A DNA stretch of 40,917 bases from Staphylococcus phage StB20, in sequence record NC_019915.1. One strand, written 5' to 3'. Below the pieces are notes generated by a model. The model was not told where the DNA came from. It ran no database searches and saw nothing but the letters and a program-made list of their open reading frames with translations. Of this stretch, positions 15,670-23,774 are shown one piece after another (the stretch's first letter is position 1; every line of letters starts with the position of its first letter). A program made the translations under genes and the position numbers.

Positions 15670-17413
15670 CGTTAAAATACCTAAAGTGTATGAAAAGCTT
15701 CTAAATATACCCAATGATTTAAGAGATGATGCATACAAATACTGTGTCATGGTTCTATCCGGTGCATACATTACATGTAAGGATACTAGACTTGCCTGTA
15801 TTCGTCATTTAAAAGACATACACAAGTCAATAGATAATCCTGAATGGAATTATATCTATAAACCTAAACGTGCCAAAAAGGTTATTAAATTCATGGAAAC
15901 ACTACCTGATACAAAAGGTAAAATACACAAATTGACATTGTTTCAAAAGTTCATTGTCGCAAATGTCAGAGGTTGGTTCACGAAAGACAGAGATATGCTG
16001 AGATTTAGAAAAGCTTTTATCTCAATGTCAAGAAAAGGAGGTAAGTCACTTTTAGTAAGTGGACTTGTACTTTATTCTTTTTTATTCGATAGGGAACCAG
16101 CAGAAGGCAGACAGATATTTTGTGCAGCTAATGACAAGAAACAAGCAAGCGTAGTATTCAACATGGTAACTAAACAACTTATGCATTTAGTATCAAAAGT
16201 ACCAGAATTAAAGAAAGACGTTAAAAAAGTACGCGAGTTGCTTAATAACTTGCGTGATGACTCTTTCGTTATGCCATTATCACGTGATACAAGTGCAGTC
16301 GATGGTTTCGAACCATTCCTAGCTGTTATTGATGAATACCATGCAGCGAAAACAGATGAAATGGTCGAATTAATCCAATCAGGTCAAGGTAACTTATACC
16401 AATCACTTATATTTATCATCAGTACCGCAGGTTTTAACTTAAATTCACCGATGTTTGTAAATGAATGGCCTTATGCTAAAGATATTTTAGCTGAAATTTA
16501 TGATGATCCAGAATACTTTGCGATTATCTATGAACAAGACTCGGAAGATGAATGGCAAGATAAAACAACATGGGCTAAGTCCAATCCATTAATAAATGAA
16601 TCAGATGACTTAAAAGAGCAAATTGAAGAGTATTTAGAAAAACGCGTAGCAGAAGCTAATAAAAAAGGATCTATGTTTAAAGTGCTTGTTAAAAACTTCA
16701 ATTATTGGTTACAAGCAAGTACAGAATCTTACTTGGATTTCAATGATTGGAAAAAGAATGAAACAGATTTTGATATACATGGGTCTAAAACTTATATCGG
16801 CCTAGACTTATCGCGTGCTGATGACTTAACCGCAGTGTCGTTCATTCATCTTAATGAAGATAGTCAGCAATATTATGTGACAAGTCATTCGTTTGTGGCT
16901 ACTAAAGGTGGACTGGATGGAAAAATTGATAGGGACTTTATCGATTATAGACAAATTGCAGAAAACGGTTATTGTACGATTACCGATTTACAAAGTGGAA
17001 TTATCAATACAGACCAAGTTTTGAATTACATTGAAGATTACATCAATCAATACAACCTAGATGTACAAGCTATATGTTATGACCCATATTCAATACATGG
17101 CGTTATTGCTGAAATTGAACGACGCGATTGGCCATATGATTTATTTGAAATCAGACAAGGGCCACAAACGTTATCCAATCCAATATTGGATTTCAGATTA
17201 AAAGTGATTAATGGAGACATCAAGCATCATAAAAATCCATTGCTAGATATCGCAATTAAAAACGCAGTGGCTAAAGATACTAACGACTCTTTAATGATTG
17301 AAAAGAAAATGAACAGAGAAAAGATTGATCCATTAATGAGTTCAATATTCGCTTACGTGATAGCGAGCGAACATGAATGGAACACAGAAACTTTAATGCC
17401 GCTATTTTTATAA
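15656..17413 (+). CDS. terL: Terminase large subunit
   Basis: About 585 aa from ATG 15656/15662. ATPase P-loop-like SMSRKGGKSLLVSG. Walker B LAVIDEYH. C-terminal nuclease region. Overlaps the terS stop. Confidence 0.9.
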   Translation: MKMTNVKIPKVYEKLLNIPNDLRDDAYKYCVMVLSGAYITCKDTRLACIRHLKDIHKSIDNPEWNYIYKPKRAKKVIKFMETLPDTKGKIHKLTLFQKFIVANVRGWFTKDRDMLRFRKAFISMSRKGGKSLLVSGLVLYSFLFDREPAEGRQIFCAANDKKQASVVFNMVTKQLMHLVSKVPELKKDVKKVRELLNNLRDDSFVMPLSRDTSAVDGFEPFLAVIDEYHAAKTDEMVELIQSGQGNLYQSLIFIISTAGFNLNSPMFVNEWPYAKDILAEIYDDPEYFAIIYEQDSEDEWQDKTTWAKSNPLINESDDLKEQIEEYLEKRVAEANKKGSMFKVLVKNFNYWLQASTESYLDFNDWKKNETDFDIHGSKTYIGLDLSRADDLTAVSFIHLNEDSQQYYVTSHSFVATKGGLDGKIDRDFIDYRQIAENGYCTITDLQSGIINTDQVLNYIEDYINQYNLDVQAICYDPYSIHGVIAEIERRDWPYDLFEIRQGPQTLSNPILDFRLKVINGDIKHHKNPLLDIAIKNAVAKDTNDSLMIEKKMNREKIDPLMSSIFAYVIASEHEWNTETLMPLFL

Positions 17414-17426
17414 GGGAGGTGCAGCG

Positions 17427-17621
17427 ATGAAAAAATTCTTATATGCGTTTGTAGTCATACTGTTATTCGTTGTGGGGTTAATAGGGCTATTCTATGGCTT
17501 ATTTATACTTTGGAAGCCATTAGCTTATATTGTTGGTGGATTGCTACTCGTAGGCCTCTCAGGTGTTTTAAATCAAGCGTATGACAATACCTCGATAAGT
17601 CAGAAAGGGGGTGACGATTAA
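17427..17621 (+). CDS. Small membrane protein (64 aa, two TM helices) between terL and portal
   Basis: RBS AAGGGAGGTGCAGCGATG. Hydrophobic. Confidence 0.6.
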   Translation: MKKFLYAFVVILLFVVGLIGLFYGLFILWKPLAYIVGGLLLVGLSGVLNQAYDNTSISQKGGDD

Positions 17622-17623
17622 AG

Positions 17624-18856
17624 ATGCCACTACTTGATTTAGGATTTACAAGTAAGCAAGAAAAAATGAATAGAGATTTAGAAAGATTATTATATTGGCA
17701 AGAGCATGGTACGCACGCGAACTATGTTGGTATAAATGCATTGCGTAATAGTGATGTATTTACTGCTACACGTATTATTTCCGCAGACATTGCAAGTACC
17801 AAGTTAAAAGTTAAAGGTCACGAAACGAATACAGTGATGAATCAAATATTAGATTTATTCAATAACAATCCATATTCGGACTTACCAGGATGGCATTTTA
17901 AATTTATAATTATCGCGAATATGTTACTTAACGGACAATCTTTTGTCGAAATTGTACGCGATAAGAATGATTTCCCTATCGGTTTCCATTTCTTACATAA
18001 CGATTTAGTAGGAATAGAGGAAAAAGACGGGGATATTATTTACAATGTTAGCGAAGATGTGGAAGGTAATGCTGTTAAGATAACAAGCGATGATATATTG
18101 CACTTTAGATATATCACATTAGATGGATATGTAGGGTACAGTCCGTTGTATGCACTAGCACATGAGATTGGTATTTCTCAAGGTTCTAAGAGCTTCCTGC
18201 GTAACTTCTTCGACAATGGCGGTACATCAACATCAGTGTTGAAGTATAAAAAAGGGCAAATCAATGCTGAACAATTAAGAGATTTGAAAAAGAATTTCTC
18301 AGAAAGCCAATTAAAAAACAATGGTGGCTTAGTTGCTATCGACGACACAATGGAATTCAGCAGGTTGCAAATTCCTACCGAAGTATTGAACTTCTTAAAC
18401 AGTTATAAGTTTAGTACGTCTCAAGTTGCTAAAGCGTTTGGTTTACCAGTATCGAAGTTAGGTATTGAAACAGTCAATACATCTATCACACAAGCAAACT
18501 TAGAGTATTTGCAAAGTACACTAGATCCAATATTTAAAATGATGATTGCAGAACTTGAAACAAAAATATTTAAGTTTATTGATTCGGGTTACGAATTAGA
18601 GTTTGACTCATCACGTCTTATTGATATTGATCCAGAATTACAATTACAACGTATCACTGAATTGCATAGTAAAGGAATTATCTCAACAGACGAAGCAAGA
18701 AGTGTATTTGGTTATCAACCTATTGAACATGGTGAACAACCATTGGTTGACCTTAATAGAGCGCCACTTAACACTTTAGAAAATTATCAAAAATCGAAAA
18801 TTGACAAAGAAGTCGAAAAGAACTCCATTAAAGGGGGTGATGAGTATGACGAATAG
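17624..18856 (+). CDS. Portal protein (HK97-family type)
   Basis: 410 aa. It lies between terL and the prohead protease. RBS GGGGGTGACGATTAAAGATG. Confidence 0.85.
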   Translation: MPLLDLGFTSKQEKMNRDLERLLYWQEHGTHANYVGINALRNSDVFTATRIISADIASTKLKVKGHETNTVMNQILDLFNNNPYSDLPGWHFKFIIIANMLLNGQSFVEIVRDKNDFPIGFHFLHNDLVGIEEKDGDIIYNVSEDVEGNAVKITSDDILHFRYITLDGYVGYSPLYALAHEIGISQGSKSFLRNFFDNGGTSTSVLKYKKGQINAEQLRDLKKNFSESQLKNNGGLVAIDDTMEFSRLQIPTEVLNFLNSYKFSTSQVAKAFGLPVSKLGIETVNTSITQANLEYLQSTLDPIFKMMIAELETKIFKFIDSGYELEFDSSRLIDIDPELQLQRITELHSKGIISTDEARSVFGYQPIEHGEQPLVDLNRAPLNTLENYQKSKIDKEVEKNSIKGGDEYDE

Positions 18857-19403
18857 TAACGTTGACACTGGACAGCAAGATATGGTTATTGAGGGGTACG
18901 CAATTATCTTCAATACAATGAGTGATGACTTAGGCGGTTTTAGAGAAATCGTAGCACCGAACGCCTTAGATGGTGTAGATGTAAGTGATGTGAAATGTTT
19001 AATCAATCACGATTTCAATTACGTTATAGGACGCACACAAGCTGGAACACTTGAGTTAAAAGTAGATGAAAAAGGCTTGTACTTTAAATGTCACCTACCT
19101 AACACATCTTATGCTAGAGATATTTACGAAAATATTAAGGCAGGCAACGTAAACCAGTGTAGTTTCTTCTACACATTGCCACCTAATGATTCAACAGCTC
19201 GTACATGGCAAAATATAGATAATGAGTACGTTCAAACCATAAATAAAATTGATGAACTTATTGAAGTTAGTATTGTTACAGTACCAGCTTATAAAGAGAC
19301 ATCGGTTGAAGTCGGTCAACGTGCAAAGGATTTAAAGAAATTCAAAGAATTAGAGCAAATGAAAATAGCACTAGATATTGAAAGCCTTCGTTTTGAAACG
19401 TGA
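18846..19403 (+). CDS. Prohead maturation protease (HK97 family)
   Basis: About 185 aa from ATG 18846 (RBS AAAGGGGGTGA). The N-terminal region VIEGYAIIFNT...GGFREIVAPNAL is typical of HK97-type proteases. Confidence 0.8.
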   Translation: MTNSNVDTGQQDMVIEGYAIIFNTMSDDLGGFREIVAPNALDGVDVSDVKCLINHDFNYVIGRTQAGTLELKVDEKGLYFKCHLPNTSYARDIYENIKAGNVNQCSFFYTLPPNDSTARTWQNIDNEYVQTINKIDELIEVSIVTVPAYKETSVEVGQRAKDLKKFKELEQMKIALDIESLRFET

Positions 19404-19444
19404 GGCTATTTTTTATGCACAAATTTAACAAGGAGTGATATTGC

Positions 19445-20803
19445 ATGGCTAATTTAGACGAGCGTAAAGAAGAAATCGTAAATTTGATTTCTAAAGCGCA
19501 AGAAGCAGTCGAAAAAGGCGACCTAGAAACTGCTCGTAATTTAAAAGCTGATATTGACGCTCAAAAGAAAGAGTATGAAGAACTCGAGCAGCTTTCAAAA
19601 GAAATTGAAGCATCAGCACCTAAACAAGACGAACCACCTAAAGATGAAGGTGCAGAAGTCGAAGATAATCAAGATGTCGACTCTGGTGAAGGGTCAGAAA
19701 GTAAACCATCTGACGACAAAGAGGAGAAACCGTCTGACGAAGAAAAACCTGATGATAAACCCGAACCAGATGACCCACCTAAATCTGAAGAAAAACCAGA
19801 AGCATCTGCTATTGAAAAGGTGGAGGAACCTACGGAAGAAGAATTAGAAAAAGAAAAAGACAAAAAGAAAAAAGAAGGAGCGAAACGTTCTATGGCGAAA
19901 TTAAATCAAAACCCAGAGACAAACGAAGAAGTATTAGCATTTGAACAGTACATGAAATCAAAAGGGGCTAAACGTGACAACGTTAAATCAGATGACGTTG
20001 GCGTAACAATCCCAGAGGATATTAAATATATTCCTGAAAAAGAAGTAAAAACAGTACAAGATTTATCAGAGTTGGTAGAAAAAACATCAGTATCAACTGC
20101 AAGTGGTAAATACCCAATCTTGAAACGTGCTAACGCTAAATTCAACACTGTTGCTGAATTAGAGAAAAACCCTGAGTTAGCTCGTCCGGAATTCGAAACG
20201 ATAAATTGGGAAGTTGAAACATATCGTGGTGCAATTCCAATCTCACAAGAAGCATTAGACGATTCAGTTGCTAACTTAACTGCTATTGTTTCTGAAAATA
20301 TCAATGAACAAAAAATCAACACATTAAACGAAAAAATCGGCGATGTATTAAAAGCATTCAATCCGACATCTGTTTCTGATGTGGACGACTTAAAATCAAT
20401 CATCAACGTTAAGTTAGATCCTGATTATGACCGTCAAATTATCTGTACTCAAAGTTTCTACCAAAAACTTGATACATTGAAAGATGGTAACGGACGTTAC
20501 TTATTACAAGATAGCATTATCAACACTGCTGGTAACACTGTATTAGGTATGAACGTAACAGTTGTACGCGATGACTTATTAGGTGAAAACGGAGATGCAT
20601 TAGCGTTTATCGGCGATGTAAAACGTGGTGTGTTATTCGCAGACCGTACTGACGTATCAGTGCAATGGATTGAAAACGAAATCTACGGTAAATACCTAAT
20701 GGGTGCTTTCCGTTTCGATGTAAAACAAGCTGATAAAAACGCTGGTTTCTTCGTAACGTTTGAAGATGCAGCAACAGAACCTAGCGGAGATTTAGGAGCA
20801 TAA
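19445..20803 (+). CDS. Major capsid protein (HK97 fold) with a long N-terminal coiled-coil plus acidic/Pro-rich low-complexity delta/scaffold-like domain
   Basis: 452 aa. Residues about 50-150 are EPPKDEGAEVEDNQDVDSGEGSESKPSDDKEEKPSDEEKPDDKPEPDDPPKSEEKPE. There is no separate scaffold gene between the protease and the capsid gene. Confidence 0.85.
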   Translation: MANLDERKEEIVNLISKAQEAVEKGDLETARNLKADIDAQKKEYEELEQLSKEIEASAPKQDEPPKDEGAEVEDNQDVDSGEGSESKPSDDKEEKPSDEEKPDDKPEPDDPPKSEEKPEASAIEKVEEPTEEELEKEKDKKKKEGAKRSMAKLNQNPETNEEVLAFEQYMKSKGAKRDNVKSDDVGVTIPEDIKYIPEKEVKTVQDLSELVEKTSVSTASGKYPILKRANAKFNTVAELEKNPELARPEFETINWEVETYRGAIPISQEALDDSVANLTAIVSENINEQKINTLNEKIGDVLKAFNPTSVSDVDDLKSIINVKLDPDYDRQIICTQSFYQKLDTLKDGNGRYLLQDSIINTAGNTVLGMNVTVVRDDLLGENGDALAFIGDVKRGVLFADRTDVSVQWIENEIYGKYLMGAFRFDVKQADKNAGFFVTFEDAATEPSGDLGA

Positions 20804-20821
20804 GTAAAGTAGGTGATTTCA

Positions 20822-21163
20822 ATGTTCAAAATAGATAACGTTGAATCAATCAAAAAAGCGATACGTGTTGATCATGATTTCGATGATGACTTGATTATGC
20901 AAGTTTATTTACCTGGAGCAATAAATGAGGTTAAGGCTGCCGTTTCTTTAGATGAAAAAGATGATAAATTCTACAACGATAATCCTATATTCAATTTAGC
21001 AGTCTTAAATATCATTGCTCACCACTATGATAATCGCTCAATCACATCTAATGAACAATCATTTGATGTGCCTGCATCGTCAATGAAACTTATACAAACA
21101 CTTAGAAGCAATCTAGTTAAGTGGCGAAAAGATAACATCGAGGTGATAGCCGATGAATCTTAA
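20822..21163 (+). CDS. Head-tail connector protein (gp6-like)
   Basis: ATG 20822 follows RBS AGGTGA. The ORF is open from GTG 20813. Confidence 0.65.
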   Translation: MFKIDNVESIKKAIRVDHDFDDDLIMQVYLPGAINEVKAAVSLDEKDDKFYNDNPIFNLAVLNIIAHHYDNRSITSNEQSFDVPASSMKLIQTLRSNLVKWRKDNIEVIADES

Positions 21164-21482
21164 TGAGCTTGATTATAGAATTGTTTTTTATTCAGTTTCA
21201 AATAACGGACCCGAAGCAGGAACGGGTAACTGGGAAGAAGTTTTTAGTTGCTTCGCTGGTCTATACGAACCTACGCAAAAAGATGTACAATTAGGAAATT
21301 TAGAAACGAGTAAACGTTCTGTAACTATTAATATTAGAAATGCACAGCCTGACTTTCTACCTACAGTCAATCACGTATTTGAGATTAAAAATGGAATGTA
21401 TGCTGGGTTAACTTTTGACATTAAGAACGTTGCTCCTGCTAAAACTCCTAATTACATCAAAGTGGTAGGTGAAGAATCATAG
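21153..21482 (+). CDS. Head-tail adaptor / head closure protein
   Basis: 109 aa. Overlaps the upstream stop. Typical position in the module. Confidence 0.65.
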   Translation: MNLNELDYRIVFYSVSNNGPEAGTGNWEEVFSCFAGLYEPTQKDVQLGNLETSKRSVTINIRNAQPDFLPTVNHVFEIKNGMYAGLTFDIKNVAPAKTPNYIKVVGEES

Positions 21483-21616
21483 GGGTATCAATCAAAGGTG
21501 ATAAAGAACTTATAGCATATTTAGAAAAGCATTATGGAACATCAGCAACAAAGCGTATCACTGATTATGCATTAACTAAAGGTGGAAACAAGGTTGTAAG
21601 TGTTATCAAAAGTAAT

Positions 21617-21883
21617 ATGAAAACTTTTAAAGACACTGGAGAATCGGTAGAAGAAACTACACTTTCAAAACCTATGACGATAAGCGGTGTAAGAACCGTT
21701 AAAATTCATTGGCGTGGTCCTAAACAACGTTATCGTATTATCCATCTAAATGAATACGGTCACTTTGATCGTTCAGGTAAATGGGTTAATACAGCAGGTA
21801 AAGGTGTTATTGAAAACGCTATGCGTGAAGGCAGAGAAACGTATTTCAGAACAGTAAAAGAAGAAATGAGAAAGAGGGTGTAA
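21617..21883 (+). CDS. HK97 gp10-like tail component; the reading frame is open from 21473 without a canonical start, so a longer product (about 136 aa) is likely
   Basis: C-terminal KIHWRGPKQRYRIIHLNEYGHFDRSGKW resembles the HK97 gp10 family. There is no RBS before ATG 21617. RBS AGGTGAAGAA at 21465..21474 precedes in-frame ATC/ATA codons. Confidence 0.55.
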   Translation: MKTFKDTGESVEETTLSKPMTISGVRTVKIHWRGPKQRYRIIHLNEYGHFDRSGKWVNTAGKGVIENAMREGRETYFRTVKEEMRKRV

Positions 21884-21887
21884 TTTA

Positions 21888-22292
21888 TTGGATGACATCA
21901 CAATGAAAATATACGAAGCGATTATAGATAACAAAGAAATTATGAATCATGTTCAAAAGAACAATATTAAATTCTTTGATTATCCAAACGCACAAGAAAT
22001 TAGAGATGTAGTGATTGTCATAGATCCATTAGATACACCTACACCTACTGATTTTGGTGATAATGATAATCTCACTTACGAATATTTTTATCAAATAGAT
22101 GTATTTGTAAAACAAAAACAAGGAGTAAACGGACGAGTCTTATCAGATAGACTCGTTTTTTTAATACAACGAATGATGTGGGAAGTATTGGGATTTGGCG
22201 AAACATCTTCCGTTAAACCAGAATATATCAAAGAATTTAATATCTACCGACAAGCTAAAAGGTTTGAAGGTAAACAATATTTTAAAATTTAG
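21888..22292 (+). CDS. Tail completion protein (gp11-like)
   Basis: TTG start at 21888 after RBS GAGGGTG. 134 aa. Confidence 0.6.
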   Translation: MDDITMKIYEAIIDNKEIMNHVQKNNIKFFDYPNAQEIRDVVIVIDPLDTPTPTDFGDNDNLTYEYFYQIDVFVKQKQGVNGRVLSDRLVFLIQRMMWEVLGFGETSSVKPEYIKEFNIYRQAKRFEGKQYFKI

Positions 22293-22304
22293 GAGTGTTT
22301 TAAT

Positions 22305-22934
22305 ATGGCAGAGAAAAACTATCGTTCATTTACAGGGTTAACAGAATTTTATTATAAAGTTCATGGAGAAGGTGGAGTTCAAAAAGTTGCTGATCCAGAA
22401 CGCATTAAATATTTACAAGAAATTTCAGTATCTAAAGACCAAGACATCGAAAAAGCATATGGTGATAACCAAGTTGCAGAAATGGCAGTTGCTAACGGAA
22501 CAATTGAAGTAGAAGCTGGTTTCCATAAATTACCATTAGAGGACAGAGTTGCATTGTTCGGATTAGAAAAATCAGAGGACGGCATCGTGTCAGTTGGTAA
22601 CGATACACCACCATATGTGGCTGTTATGTTTGCGAAAACTATGGAAGATGGTTCACGAGAGTATGTGGGATTACCTAAAGGATTATTCACATTCCCTGAA
22701 TTAGAAGGTAATACAAAAGAAGATGGCGTAGAATTTAGTTCTGACTCTACTACTGCTGAATTCATGCAAGCTAAAGTTAAAGGATTCGAAGAAGAAAAAG
22801 CAATGTTATTAGGTCACGATGCTAAAGGTACATCCGTTATGAAAGATGCTATCTGGGAAGCCATCTTTGGTGATTCTGCACCAAGCAGTAACTCAGAAGA
22901 AACTAGTGATGCAGAATCAGATTTAGGCGCATAA
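22305..22934 (+). CDS. Major tail protein
   Basis: 209 aa. RBS TTTAGGAGTG. It is followed by a small ORF, a terminator and the G/GT chaperones. Confidence 0.8.
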   Translation: MAEKNYRSFTGLTEFYYKVHGEGGVQKVADPERIKYLQEISVSKDQDIEKAYGDNQVAEMAVANGTIEVEAGFHKLPLEDRVALFGLEKSEDGIVSVGNDTPPYVAVMFAKTMEDGSREYVGLPKGLFTFPELEGNTKEDGVEFSSDSTTAEFMQAKVKGFEEEKAMLLGHDAKGTSVMKDAIWEAIFGDSAPSSNSEETSDAESDLGA

Positions 22935-22952
22935 CTTACAGGAGGTTTGATT

Positions 22953-23138
22953 ATGGCTAAGAAAAAGTATGAAGTCTTGCACAAATTCATCGATTTAGAG
23001 GATAAGAACAAAGTATATAACGCTGGCGATACTTATCCTAAACCAGCAAATAAAAAAGTGCCACACGACCGCATTTTAGACCTTTCTACAAGCGATAACA
23101 AACGTGGCAAGGCATTAATCAAAGAAATAGAAGAATAA
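22953..23138 (+). CDS. Small protein (61 aa) downstream of the major tail protein
   Basis: RBS AGGAGG lies 8 nt upstream of ATG 22953. Confidence 0.5.
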   Translation: MAKKKYEVLHKFIDLEDKNKVYNAGDTYPKPANKKVPHDRILDLSTSDNKRGKALIKEIEE

Positions 23139-23144
23139 CCAACA

Positions 23145-23170
23145 CGAGGGCTCAAATGCCCTCTTTTTAT
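23145..23170 (+). terminator. Rho-independent terminator (GAGGGC-TCAAAT-GCCCTC followed by TTTTTATTT)
   Basis: 6-bp GC stem, 6-nt loop and a T-run, directly after the major-tail operon segment. Confidence 0.7.
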
Positions 23171-23201
23171 TTACAATTCAAAAACAAAGGAGCAATTATA
23201 A

Positions 23202-23564
23202 ATGGCTAAACGTAATTTTATTAAATTAGTACAAGTAGACAAAAAAGGTAACGCAGTAACAGATACAGAAGGCAACGCAAAATACGATACATTCATTACA
23301 CCTACACAAATTCCTTTCCGTAAAATCTATGATGCAGCTGATTTAATGGACGGTGCATCAGACGAAAACACTTCTGCACAAGAGAATATCGACCAAATGT
23401 TAGATATGGTGGTTGATATCTACAATAACCAATTTACAAAAGATGACTTATTAGACAGATTACACGCACCAGACGCAGTAGAAGAATTACAACAACAAAT
23501 TCAATTTATTGCACAAGGTCAAATGGATGAAGAAAGAAAAAAGCAACTAGCCAAAATGATTTAA
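23202..23564 (+). CDS. Tail assembly chaperone G
   Basis: 120 aa. Acidic. It ends 20 nt after the slippery site. RBS AAAGGAGCAATTATAAATG. Confidence 0.8.
   Translation: MAKRNFIKLVQVDKKGNAVTDTEGNAKYDTFITPTQIPFRKIYDAADLMDGASDENTSAQENIDQMLDMVVDIYNNQFTKDDLLDRLHAPDAVEELQQQIQFIAQGQMDEERKKQLAKMI
23537..23543 (+). other. Programmed -1 ribosomal frameshift slippery heptamer A_AAA_AAG (gpG to gpGT)
   Basis: In the G frame the codons are aga aaa aag. The -1 frame is open from 23531 to 23749 and encodes a T-like extension. Confidence 0.75.
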
Positions 23565-23749
23565 AACCTATCAATTATAAAGAACATAAGGAAAATATGA
23601 AGAAGTTAATGTTGAAAATGATGGAAGAAGGCGGCAAGGATATCAATGACATATTAAACATGCCTTTTGCATTTTTCATGGAGTTAGTTGACGAAAGTAA
23701 TAAGAAAAACGTCAAGAAAACAAACAGTATGATCGACGCGTTCATGTAA
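23543..23749 (+). CDS. T extension of the tail assembly chaperone GT (made by -1 frameshift from 23202)
   Basis: The -1 frame continues KKATSQNDLKPINYKEHKENMKKLMLKMMEEGGKDINDILNMPFAFFMELVDESNKKNVKKTNSMIDAFM*. Confidence 0.7.
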   Translation, partial: ATSQNDLKPINYKEHKENMKKLMLKMMEEGGKDINDILNMPFAFFMELVDESNKKNVKKTNSMIDAFM

Positions 23750-23774
23750 TACATTTTATAAGTAAGGAGGTGGA

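Noticed and set aside
19906-20406. 166-aa minus-strand ORF inside the major capsid gene
   Set aside because: It is antisense to a strongly supported structural gene, has no RBS and has serine-rich composition typical of antisense noise.
22379-22765. 128-aa minus-strand ORF antisense to the major tail protein gene
   Set aside because: No RBS. It is embedded in a high-confidence plus-strand gene.
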